Shown piece by piece: positions 1 through 8,807 of a stretch of 64,000 nucleotides of DNA. The stretch covers positions 868 to 64,867 of the forward strand of contig JAWXCD010000125.1 in NCBI GenBank assembly GCA_034440535.1, in the 5' to 3' direction. The position numbers and the translations under genes are program-made. Every line of letters starts with the position of its first letter. Position 1 is the first letter of the stretch. Source of the stretch: Verrucomicrobiota bacterium. Its GTDB lineage: Bacteria > Verrucomicrobiota > Verrucomicrobiia > JAWXBN01 > JAWXCD01. Under the pieces are notes generated by a model, which saw only the letters and a program-made list of their open reading frames with translations, was not told where the DNA came from and searched no databases.

Positions 1-203
1 GGGCCAAAATATTTCCCTCTGTTTTGGAAGATGTATTGGATTGCTAACCATGCGGTTTTATGTGCCAAGAAATCTGAGGAGAAGCGGGAGTAACTCACTT
101 TAATGCTTCATTTCAATACTGCAAAACACCTCCCATCTTATTGATCGAAATCCGGTCATAGGGTCGATATGATCGATCAAATTCAAATAACAGAGAAAAA
201 GTC

Positions 204-555
204 CTAAGGGACAGACAAACTATTATTGACAAATCAAAGTCTTGATGCTTTTATCATACGCATATATGAGAGGTGCGCGTATTAAGGGTGGTGGTGACAG
301 TTATTATCACTGTATTTCAAGGGTTATTGACCGGAAATTTGCGCTAAAGCGACAGGAGAAGGACCGGCTGGTGGAGCTATTGGTCCAGGTTTCAACGTTC
401 TGTGGCGTCGAGGTGGTTACTTACGTTATAATCAAAATAACAAAAGTTCTAAGGGACAGACAAACTATTCTCCTCCAATTATAGCGACCATATGATCATT
501 CGAATACGAGAAGCGTAAAAATCGCTTTTAATGACCAATAATTTGTCCGTCCCTT
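204..555. repeat. REP-like repeats: direct copies at 204-224 and 449-469, inverted copy at 537-555
   Basis: ctaagggacagacaaactatt is identical at 204-224 and 449-469. The reverse complement of 537-555 is aagggacggacaaattatt (2 mismatches to the core). Confidence 0.75.
266..430 (+). pseudogene. N-terminal fragment of a Y1/REP-associated tyrosine transposase (RAYT, IS200/TnpA-like)
   Basis: MRGARIKGGGDSYYHCISRVIDRKF...FCGVEVVTYVI matches the RAYT/Y1_Tnp N-terminus (YHxxSR; 'ilaYci'). Similarity stops just before the expected MxNHxH (HUH) motif, where a repeat copy begins. Confidence 0.7.
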
Positions 556-654
556 CAAACCTCAAGCGACGCAAGAATCGGGGGAATTATTGTCCACTGG
601 GTACAGCCTTTTTAGAGTTGATTATTTCACCATCTGTAAGTTGAGTAACCGAAT

Positions 655-750
655 GCCTAACCCTGCGTTGCATCAAGCTTGACCTGTGGGGTGTGGTGGA
701 ACCGACGTGGTCCCGTGGAGGGATCGGTCAATGAGCTTCGGGCGTTAGGC
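655..750 (+). mobile_element. Solitary integron attC-like recombination site
   Basis: R'' GCCTAAC (655-661) and R' GTTAGGC (744-750) are perfectly complementary. L'' GTTGCAT pairs with L' ATGAGC with one extrahelical base. Inner arm TTGACC/GGTCAA. Length 96 bp; an ORF starts 12 nt downstream. Confidence 0.7.
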
Positions 751-762
751 TAATTACGTATC

Positions 763-1260
763 ATGAAAACCGTATCTCCCAAATTCCAATTCCGAGCGGT
801 CATGTTTTTTTTCATCTTTGGCCTTGTGATGAGCGGCGTGACAGCGTTCCCGCTTTTGCATGAACTTAGAATTTTGACGCAATGGCTCGGGGTAGAGGGC
901 GCTCAAACCCCGGAGGGATATACGGGACTCAAATACTGGATCATTACTGTGAGGATGGGGCTTGAACACACATACGCTCAGTATCCGTGGATGGCTTATG
1001 GCACTGATTGGTTGGCATTCGCTCACATCGTTATTGCACTGTTTTTCATTGGACCGCTCATCAATCCGCTTTCCGGCAGAGCCACGATCTACACAGGGAT
1101 CGTTGCGTGCGTTAGTGTTATTCCTCTTGCCTTGATATGCGGTTCGATACGAGGCATTCCTTTTTATTGGCGCCTTATTGATTGTTCATTTGGGGTCTTT
1201 GGCGTAATTCCGCTGATCTATTGCCTTCGACTCATTCGGCGAATCGAAACTGAAAGATAA
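763..1260 (+). CDS. Conserved hypothetical multi-pass membrane protein (gene-cassette-like position)
   Basis: 165 aa with about 4 hydrophobic segments and motifs YGTDWLAFAH and WRLIDCSFG. Starts immediately after the attC-like site. Confidence 0.75.
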   Translation: MKTVSPKFQFRAVMFFFIFGLVMSGVTAFPLLHELRILTQWLGVEGAQTPEGYTGLKYWIITVRMGLEHTYAQYPWMAYGTDWLAFAHIVIALFFIGPLINPLSGRATIYTGIVACVSVIPLALICGSIRGIPFYWRLIDCSFGVFGVIPLIYCLRLIRRIETER

Positions 1261-1263
1261 GGG

Positions 1264-1420
1264 CACGCGAAGGCTCGAAGTTGAGGAAGAGGGAGCCGCA
1301 GATTGGGACAGATTCACGCAGATTTGGGGAGAGCACGGAAGAAGGATGGGGAAAATAGCCGCGAAAAGGCGCAAAAGACACACGAGAGGACAAAGGAACC
1401 ACAGACTCACGCAGATTTTT
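1264..1420 (+). repeat. Cluster of short intergenic repeat units (cacgcgaaggcNcgaag; gcagatt...cacgcagatt; gccgcgaaaaggcgcaaaa)
   Basis: tcacgcagattt occurs twice within the cluster. Related units occur inverted at 43103-43135 and 63790-63806. Confidence 0.55.
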
Positions 1421-1564
1421 GGGAAAGCGCAGGGAGTGTTGGCTGGGGATCGTGCACGTTTTCGGGAATGAGGGTTGGATGTTTGGAGGACTGCAATAAT
1501 CCTGCTTGTTATTTGTCGCATTCTTTCATACACAAGTTGGACTTTATTCGAGCAAAGGAAATAT

Positions 1565-2341
1565 ATGAGCGATGGAATGTTAGCAGGAAAACGAGGGATA
1601 GTTTTTGGAGTGGCCAACAAGCGTAGTATAGCTTGGGCTATTGCCCAAGCGTGGGCCAGCGAAGGCGCAAAACTCGCGTTTACGTATCAAGGCGAGCGGC
1701 TGAAAGAAAACGTGGAAGAATTGATTGGAACCTTTGGATCGGATACTCCGCTTTATCCTTGCGACGTGACCAAGGACGAGGAAATTGCGTCGGTTTTTGC
1801 AAATGTAGAAAAAGATTTCGGCAAACTTGATCTTGTATTGCATTCAGTAGCCTTTGCCCCGAAGGAAGCTCTTGAAGGGGAGTTTGTAAATACAACCCGT
1901 GAAGCTTTCCTGACCGCTCATAATATCAGTGCTTACTCCTTGATAGGCGTGACCCGTGGTGCCTTGCCCTTGTTAAATCCAGGTGCGAGCATAGTCACAA
2001 TGACCTATTATGGATCAGTTAAAGTGATACCCCATTATAACGTCATGGGTGTAGCGAAAGCATCACTCGAAGCGACAGTACGGTATTTAGCTGCAGACCT
2101 TGGGCCAAGAGGGTTTCGCTGCAATGCCATAAGTGCCGGTCCCGTCAACACGCTTGCGGCTCGGGGTATATCGGGATTCTCAGCCATGCTTAAGCATTAT
2201 GACACGCACGCCCCTCTGCGTCGGAACGTCGAATTGAGTGAGATCGGGGCCACAGGCGTGTTCCTTGCGAGCAAAGGGTCCGGCGGTATTACTGGGCAAG
2301 TGATTTACGCTGATTGCGGATACGAAATCATTGGCATGTAG
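1565..2341 (+). CDS. fabI: Enoyl-ACP reductase (NADH)
   Basis: GVANKRSIAWAIA, YNVMGVAKASLE and NAISAGP motifs. Start reassigned to the ATG at 1565. Confidence 0.95.
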   Translation: MSDGMLAGKRGIVFGVANKRSIAWAIAQAWASEGAKLAFTYQGERLKENVEELIGTFGSDTPLYPCDVTKDEEIASVFANVEKDFGKLDLVLHSVAFAPKEALEGEFVNTTREAFLTAHNISAYSLIGVTRGALPLLNPGASIVTMTYYGSVKVIPHYNVMGVAKASLEATVRYLAADLGPRGFRCNAISAGPVNTLAARGISGFSAMLKHYDTHAPLRRNVELSEIGATGVFLASKGSGGITGQVIYADCGYEIIGM

Positions 2342-2392
2342 GTCCGATAAATATCCTCTTCGCGATAAACGACATTGGTAAAGTGTTAAGCA

Positions 2393-3085
2393 ATGATCAC
2401 ATCGAAAAAACTTTTGCTCTGGGACATTGACGGCACACTTGTGACGACCGGCGGCGCTGGGCTTGAAGCTCTCTCCTACGCCATGAAAAAAGAGTTTGGG
2501 GTCGAATACAAAGCCGTGGACGGCGATAAAGATGTTGCGGGCAGGACCGATCGTTACATAGGTGGAGCGTTGCTTAAGCGATACGGAATAGAACCCACGG
2601 ACGAGAACGTGCATCGGTTTCTTGAATCGTACCTTACCCAGTTACCCCAGGAGTTACAGGTACGAGAAGGCGGCGTGCACACAGGAATCAGGGAAATCCT
2701 TGAAATAGCGCATCAACGCGAAGATTTAGTGCAGGCCTTACTCACTGGAAATTTGCATAAAGGTGCAAAGATTAAACTGACACATTACGAAATCTTTCAT
2801 TTTTTTGAGTTTGGTGCCTACGCCGACGATGCCATATTGAGGGATGACCTCGGACCGTTTGCATTAGCCCGAGCCAAGGAAAAACACACTATCGATTTTC
2901 CACCTGAAAACGTATTTGTTATAGGAGACACACCCCATGACGTACAGTGCGGCAAAGCCATTGGGGCCAAAACGATAGCAGTCGCTACCGGGGCGTACCC
3001 CATTGAAACATTGGAGGCGTGTCAGCCCACAGCCGTGTTTGCCGATTTCCGGCACCCAGAAAAGTTTTTTGAACTCCTGAAGTAA
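2393..3085 (+). CDS. HAD-superfamily hydrolase (phosphoglycolate phosphatase-like)
   Basis: DIDGTL motif I, LTGN motif II, IGDTPHD motif IV. Confidence 0.9.
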   Translation: MITSKKLLLWDIDGTLVTTGGAGLEALSYAMKKEFGVEYKAVDGDKDVAGRTDRYIGGALLKRYGIEPTDENVHRFLESYLTQLPQELQVREGGVHTGIREILEIAHQREDLVQALLTGNLHKGAKIKLTHYEIFHFFEFGAYADDAILRDDLGPFALARAKEKHTIDFPPENVFVIGDTPHDVQCGKAIGAKTIAVATGAYPIETLEACQPTAVFADFRHPEKFFELLK

Positions 3086-3121
3086 AACCTGTTCCGCTTG
3101 CATAGAAAGCGGAAAGGGTTT
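3085..3121. terminator. Putative bidirectional intrinsic terminator
   Basis: Hairpin ttccgctt/aagcggaa flanked by A and T tracts, between convergent genes. Confidence 0.5.
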
Positions 3122-3136
3122 CCAGAAAAGTCGTCT

Positions 3137-4558
3137 TTACATTAATTCCGCGGCAAGATTTGCGAGCGGGCTTCTTTCACCCTTAGTGAGACTGACATGA
3201 GCCGTTACGCCATGACCTTTTAGTTTGTTCCGTGCGTAGACCAAACCATTTGAGTGAGCATCCACATAATGATTATCGATTTGGGCAGGGTCACCAAGCA
3301 TGACAAGTTTCGATCCCTTACTCATACGAGTCACAATTGTCTTTGCGGCCAAAGGCGTCAGTTGCTGAGCCTCATCAACAATGAAAAAGCTATTGGGGAT
3401 AGAACGCCCACGGATATGGGAAAGCGCCTCAATATCAAGGATACCCTGTTCCATTAAGCGTTCATAAGGTTTCAGAAATCCTTTACCACCTTGGTGACTT
3501 GGAGAAGGAGGAGCAAATTCACGCTTTTTTTTGCCTTTCTTCTTTGAATCGAAAGAAGGCGCGGGAGTCAATAAAAACTCCAGAGCATCATATATGGGCT
3601 GTAACCAAGGGTGCATTTTTTCGTTCAGGTCACCCGGCAAGAACCCCAAGCTTTCGCCCATAGGAACAATCGATCGGGTTACGATCAATTTGTGATAGTT
3701 CCCATTAATGACCTGAGCCAAGCCGGCTGCTACCGCAAGAAGGGTTTTACCCGTGCCCGCGTGGCCGTAGCCCGTAACAAAGGTGATATCTGGATCAAAC
3801 AAAGCATCAAAGAAGCATTGTTGACCGAGGTTCAGGGGTTTGAGGGAAATTCCATTTTGAATATGGACGACTGGCGGGAAATTTAATTTTTGGAAACGTG
3901 AACCACCCGAGCAGCGAGCGGGAATTGTTTTATCGTTGGCAGAGCGGAAAAGCACGTATTCATTTGCACCGACCCCGTGCATTCTGGAAGCATCGACTTC
4001 GAGGATCCCCGAACTTGCAAAGCGTTGCATCTCATGGATTGACACATCGATTTCGTCTGGAGCACCATCTTGGATATCGGGATCTACCACCTTATCGTTA
4101 AGGTAATCGTTGGTCTCTAACCCGGCCGAGCGGGCTTTGAGAGCCATATTAATATCTTTCGTGACAAGAATTGTACGAGGTTGGTTTGATTTTTGAACGT
4201 GGAGCGCTTCAAAAATGATTCTGTTATCAATTTTGTCTATATCGGGGAACTGCCTTTTGAACTGGTCCAATTCACCGTTTAAATTGGGGTTTTGGAAAGC
4301 GCGTGCGACGAAGATACGACCGCCACCAGCTGTTTTAACGCCATTCGCCATGTCTGAAGAGTTGATAAAAAGCCCGCTTAACGTGCGGATAAATTCACGG
4401 GCATGAGCACCGCGGTCAGTTTGTTCACTTTTAAACCCGTCCAGATCTTCAAGCGTGTCTACAGGGACCCACACATTATTATCTTCAAAATTGAAAATAC
4501 TGCGGGGGTCGTGAACAAGAACAGAAGTATCGAGGACGTAATTTTTAATCGAGCTCAT
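3137..4558 (-). CDS. PIN-domain + PhoH-family ATPase (YlaK/PhoH2-like)
   Basis: N-terminal VLDTSVLVHDP PIN motif and LVTKDINM; Walker A GHAGTGKT; GFLPGD, RGRS, IVDEAQ and LGDPAQID motifs. Confidence 0.92.
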   Translation of the reverse strand: MSSIKNYVLDTSVLVHDPRSIFNFEDNNVWVPVDTLEDLDGFKSEQTDRGAHAREFIRTLSGLFINSSDMANGVKTAGGGRIFVARAFQNPNLNGELDQFKRQFPDIDKIDNRIIFEALHVQKSNQPRTILVTKDINMALKARSAGLETNDYLNDKVVDPDIQDGAPDEIDVSIHEMQRFASSGILEVDASRMHGVGANEYVLFRSANDKTIPARCSGGSRFQKLNFPPVVHIQNGISLKPLNLGQQCFFDALFDPDITFVTGYGHAGTGKTLLAVAAGLAQVINGNYHKLIVTRSIVPMGESLGFLPGDLNEKMHPWLQPIYDALEFLLTPAPSFDSKKKGKKKREFAPPSPSHQGGKGFLKPYERLMEQGILDIEALSHIRGRSIPNSFFIVDEAQQLTPLAAKTIVTRMSKGSKLVMLGDPAQIDNHYVDAHSNGLVYARNKLKGHGVTAHVSLTKGERSPLANLAAELM

Positions 4559-4862
4559 AGTAAAACTTTAGTCGAATTGCCGCGGGTCTCAGTGGGTCAT
4601 AACAAATTGCAGAGGACAGTAAAAGTTAAATAAAGGACTATTCTTTTCGACTCCCTTGGACGACAGCCCCAAAGAAGGAGAAAAATCCCATAAAAATGAT
4701 GCCTCCCCATAGTGAAGATCCAAAACACATCAGGTGAAAAAAGTCCCATATTTGAGCCTTGAAATAATCGGGAGAAACCGGACGATAAGGGAGGCCTGCC
4801 TCTTTCGGGGAGGGAGCTTTGCACATGATCATTCAAAGCCCATATTTTTCCTCTACACCTTT

Positions 4863-5870
4863 ATGTTAACCCGAAGCCAATTGATAGGGTTGTTCGTCAG
4901 CTTGGCATGTGTAGTTCTCGTAGGATGGTGGATGGCATGGCCCCGGTCCGGATTGGTTGTGTATTGCGCGCACGATGCCGTTTACGCCGAAGTGATATTG
5001 AAAAAATTTACGGAAAAAACCGGGATAAAAACACGGGTCAAGTTCGATGCTGAATCGACCAAGTCTCTAGGGTTGGTGGAGTTGATTGAACGCGAAGCGC
5101 GGCATCCTCGGTGCGACGTTTTTTGGAATAATGAAGTGTTAGGGACGATGAACCTTCAGGAGAAGAATCTGCTTCAACCCTACAAAGGAGCGGGGTATCA
5201 ACGGATTCCAAATTCCTTTAAAGATGAAGCTGGGCACTGGACAGGATTTGCGGCCCGATTGCGCGTCATTATTTTTTATACGCCGAACAAGGAAAAAGCC
5301 GGAGAGATAGACCGTTTTTCCATCGCAAATCCTTTATACGGAACGACCCTCACACATTTTAGTATTCTGTGGCAACTGTGGGGTGCGGACAAAACCAAGG
5401 AATGGTATCATGATTTGCAGGAGAAAGGCGCCCAAGTCCAGCAGGGGAACGCGATGGTTAAAAATGCGGTAGCCAGTGGGGCCAGCGACTGGGGGTTCAC
5501 CGACAGCGATGATTATTTTGTAGCCGTTGACGAGAAAAAGCAGGTGTCCTACGCACCCGCGCGAGTACCTGGGGGCAGAGTGATCGTGATCCCAAACACG
5601 GTGGCGATCATCAAAGGCACGAAGCGCGAGGAACAGGCCCGGCAGCTCATGGATTACTTATTATCTGAAGAAGTTGAAATGGAACTAGCCCAGTCTGCAT
5701 CGCGTCAGATTCCGTTAGGGCCCGTGGATACCAAAAAACTTCGGCCTGAAGTGGCCGCGTTACAGGCGCTTGTATCCAATGCCTATTCACTTGACCAACG
5801 CTTACTCAAACCCCGAGCAGAAGCCATCCAATGGCTTAAATCCGGCGCCTCTCAAAAACCGAAAAAATGA
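4863..5870 (+). CDS. Fe(III)-type ABC transporter substrate-binding protein (FutA/AfuA-like)
   Basis: N-terminal TM anchor, LVVYCAHD, PRCDVFWNNE, WTGFAARLRV, GFTDSDD and IPNTVAII motifs. Start reassigned to 4863. Confidence 0.8.
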   Translation: MLTRSQLIGLFVSLACVVLVGWWMAWPRSGLVVYCAHDAVYAEVILKKFTEKTGIKTRVKFDAESTKSLGLVELIEREARHPRCDVFWNNEVLGTMNLQEKNLLQPYKGAGYQRIPNSFKDEAGHWTGFAARLRVIIFYTPNKEKAGEIDRFSIANPLYGTTLTHFSILWQLWGADKTKEWYHDLQEKGAQVQQGNAMVKNAVASGASDWGFTDSDDYFVAVDEKKQVSYAPARVPGGRVIVIPNTVAIIKGTKREEQARQLMDYLLSEEVEMELAQSASRQIPLGPVDTKKLRPEVAALQALVSNAYSLDQRLLKPRAEAIQWLKSGASQKPKK

Positions 5871-7231
5871 GATTCGTCATTGAGAGCGATTTAATGCGGG
5901 CCCTCGCTGTGGCGTTCCTTGCGACCGCAGCCGGGTATCCCGGTGCGTGCTTTTTACGGACAGTGGTTTCGCGCAAGCTCCGATTCATTTTTGTGGCGGT
6001 ACTCGCCGGAATACTCCTGACCCCGCTCCTTTTGACTGGGTACGCCTATTATACACACCTCCCTGCGCTCACTGCGCGAACCTTCTGGCTCGTTTCAGTG
6101 TACATGGGAATATTGGTCCTGAAATATCTGCCTGTGGGCACTTTTATTTTGTGTTTAAACCAATACTCAAACACCCGTGCGTCCGATTTTATATTCCACT
6201 CCATAAAACCTGGATGGAAAACGACGCTGACCTATTTGTTTAAGAACTGGCGCGCCTCCTTTCTGGCGTCCGCAGCCGTGATATTTCTCCTCGCGTTTAA
6301 CGAGTTCGAACTCGCAAGCCTCATGACCGTACCCACATGGACCGTTACTATATTCGAAATGCAAGCGGGGGGGTATCCATTGTTGGATTCGTTCCGAGGC
6401 CTCTTAAAACCATTTCTGATTCAACTCCTACCGCTGTGCGTACTCCTAGGCATTGCGTGGAAATGGGCAGCCGGACAAGCCGTGGTCGCAGAAGAAAGTC
6501 TGAAACCCTTGCAGCCGTGGCAATGGATCCCCACAATCGTTGCGTTTTTCGGGGTTACTTTTATACCGTTAGGGATGACCACCCTGAGTGCCGTGGGTGG
6601 GTTTCGGGAAGTTCTCCGCAATTTTGCGCTTGGATCCGATATACTCTTTAGCGTGGGCGTATCGGTTATGGTGAGCCTACTGACCCTTTGTTTATTAAGC
6701 CAAGTACGACGTCGAAACTATTTATGTGCGTTGGCAATCCCAGGGTTAACTGGGTCACTTTTTATTGCACTCGTTTTGGTGGCTTTGTTCCAAAATGACA
6801 TTTTGAACCGGATGTACGACACGCCCGTGCCGCTGACAATCGCCCTGACCCTCATTTTTCTTCCAATGACGATCGTCTGTTGGTTTATTGCGGACCGGTT
6901 TGGGAAATCAACTTCCGCATATCTCGCGCATTATTTGGCAGAACAGACCCATGGAAATAAAGCTCGGGCGTTGCATTGGAAAATAACGCATTCCCCGAAA
7001 CTTTTGGTGATGTTAATTGTTTTTTATTTTGCTTATCTTGAACTGACCGCCTCGGCACTACTTGCGCCCTCTGGATCAATGCCCGTAACCGTGCGCCTGT
7101 ATAAACTTATGCATTACGGAAAAACATCCGGATTTTCAGCAATGACAATACTCTCCATCCTCGTGCCTGTATTATTCACCATGATCGTGCTGGGATTAGA
7201 AAAAGGCGTCATCCGGAGAGCATGGCGATGA
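5867..7231 (+). CDS. ABC importer permease (FbpB-like, duplicated TM module)
   Basis: About 11-12 TM segments. Two related half-motifs, FLLAFNEFELASL and FYFAYLELTASALLAP. ATGA overlap with the SBP gene. Confidence 0.78.
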   Translation: MRFVIESDLMRALAVAFLATAAGYPGACFLRTVVSRKLRFIFVAVLAGILLTPLLLTGYAYYTHLPALTARTFWLVSVYMGILVLKYLPVGTFILCLNQYSNTRASDFIFHSIKPGWKTTLTYLFKNWRASFLASAAVIFLLAFNEFELASLMTVPTWTVTIFEMQAGGYPLLDSFRGLLKPFLIQLLPLCVLLGIAWKWAAGQAVVAEESLKPLQPWQWIPTIVAFFGVTFIPLGMTTLSAVGGFREVLRNFALGSDILFSVGVSVMVSLLTLCLLSQVRRRNYLCALAIPGLTGSLFIALVLVALFQNDILNRMYDTPVPLTIALTLIFLPMTIVCWFIADRFGKSTSAYLAHYLAEQTHGNKARALHWKITHSPKLLVMLIVFYFAYLELTASALLAPSGSMPVTVRLYKLMHYGKTSGFSAMTILSILVPVLFTMIVLGLEKGVIRRAWR

Positions 7232-7893
7232 GCGACGTTCTGTTTGAGCTATTGAACGTGACCCAACTCACCGGAGGCGTCGTGCGACTTCGGAACATAA
7301 CGACCAAGATACACCCCGGAGTGACCGCCGTCCTTGGACCCTCGGGAGCCGGGAAAACAACGCTCCTTAATTTATTAGTAGGGTACGAAAAACCGACCTC
7401 AGGAGAAGTACGACAAAATGTAAGTGCCACTCATAAACTCCCCTACTTTTGGGTGCCCTTTGACCTCGGTTTATGGAAGCAACATAAAGTGATCGAGCAC
7501 CTTACCGTTTTGGGCGTTAATGAGCAGAAAGCTGGCGAGTGGTTAAAGGAGTTTGACCTAGAAGAACAAGCCGCGCAGAAAGCATCAACGCTGTCCCAAG
7601 GACAAGCCAGTCGCCTTGCCGTAGCCCGGGCGTTGGCGAGTGAAGCGCCCCTCCTGATATTTGACGAACCCCTCGTACACGTGGGCCCAAAGCGCATGCC
7701 GCATTATTGGACCGTGATCACTCACTATTTAAAAGAGCGGAAGGCGTCCCTGATATTTTCTACCCATGACCCCATCATTGCCGCCAGTTTCGCTGATCAC
7801 GGATTGTTTCTGGATGAAGGAACGGTGCAAGGTTCTGGGGCGATGGACGACGTGTTGATGCAGGTTGAAGGAGGAGGGCAGAACGCCCCTTGA
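7222..7893 (+). CDS. ABC transporter ATP-binding protein
   Basis: GPSGAGKT Walker A, LSQGQ signature, LLIFDEP Walker B, STH H-loop. Confidence 0.9.
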   Translation: MAMSDVLFELLNVTQLTGGVVRLRNITTKIHPGVTAVLGPSGAGKTTLLNLLVGYEKPTSGEVRQNVSATHKLPYFWVPFDLGLWKQHKVIEHLTVLGVNEQKAGEWLKEFDLEEQAAQKASTLSQGQASRLAVARALASEAPLLIFDEPLVHVGPKRMPHYWTVITHYLKERKASLIFSTHDPIIAASFADHGLFLDEGTVQGSGAMDDVLMQVEGGGQNAP

Positions 7894-8807
7894 AATTGAG
7901 GTACTCCCCCCTACCTTGGATCCTCTGCCCCATTCTTTTGCTGCAAGGGTGCACACAAAAGAACAAGGCCGAACTCGTGGTTAAGGAACGGCGCAACATT
8001 GTTGTGCCTTCCGATGGACCTTCTTTACCTGCTCCTCGCACAGTGGCCATAGGGCGGGATGGCGCCATCCTTGTTCTGGATACAGCAGGGCGTTTCCTCG
8101 TGTACGAACCAGGAGGCGAGTTGCGACACGAATGGCGGATGCCTGACTCCAAAGTGGGGAAACCCGAGGGTGTGTGCGAGTTAAATGACGGTCGGTATGT
8201 CGTGGCCGATACGCATTATCATAGGTTGGTTTTTTTCGATCGGACCGGCCAAGCCGTCGCGTTCCTTGGGAGTTTGGGAAAAGAACCCGGACAATTTATA
8301 TATCCGATTAAAGTAACCACCGACCCAGCCGGTAATTTGTACGTGGCTGAATATGGAGGCAATGATCGGGTGCAAAAATTTTCCGCGGACCTAAAGTTTT
8401 TGGTGGCGATGGGGAAGAATGGCACTGAAAACGAAGGACTTCAACGAGCCTCCGGCGTAGTGTGGCACGATCATAAAATTTTTGTGAGCGACGCGGTGAA
8501 CAATGCCGTGAAAGTATTTTCGGATGATGGAAAGTTTTTAAAAGTGTTATCCACACCCGAATTGGGATTGAAACTCCCCTATGACTTGGCTTCCGGATCG
8601 ACGAATAGTCTCTACATCATCGAGTATGGAGCCGGGCGCGTGACGAGAGTTTCGTTTGACGGCACTCTTCAAGGGCGTTATGGGACACCCGGGACTGGGC
8701 CCGGACATTTTCGCACGCCTTGGGGGATTGGAGTGAATCCCAAGGGTGAAGTATTTGTTGCAGATACCGGGAACCGGCAAGTCATTAAACTTGTGTTTAC
8801 CAAGTGA
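7890..8807 (+). CDS. NHL-repeat six-bladed beta-propeller lipoprotein
   Basis: Lipobox-like LLLQGC; repeated GxGPGxFxxPxGIxVxxxGxxYVADTGNxxV units. Confidence 0.85.
   Translation: MKLRYSPLPWILCPILLLQGCTQKNKAELVVKERRNIVVPSDGPSLPAPRTVAIGRDGAILVLDTAGRFLVYEPGGELRHEWRMPDSKVGKPEGVCELNDGRYVVADTHYHRLVFFDRTGQAVAFLGSLGKEPGQFIYPIKVTTDPAGNLYVAEYGGNDRVQKFSADLKFLVAMGKNGTENEGLQRASGVVWHDHKIFVSDAVNNAVKVFSDDGKFLKVLSTPELGLKLPYDLASGSTNSLYIIEYGAGRVTRVSFDGTLQGRYGTPGTGPGHFRTPWGIGVNPKGEVFVADTGNRQVIKLVFTK

Noticed and set aside
1303-1626. 107-aa ORF and upstream extension of fabI
   Set aside because: It translates intergenic repeat units and overlaps fabI in another frame. FabI similarity begins at 1565.
4815-4840. 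Possible Fur box upstream of the ABC importer
   Set aside because: Only a short atgatcat palindrome; no convincing 19-bp match.
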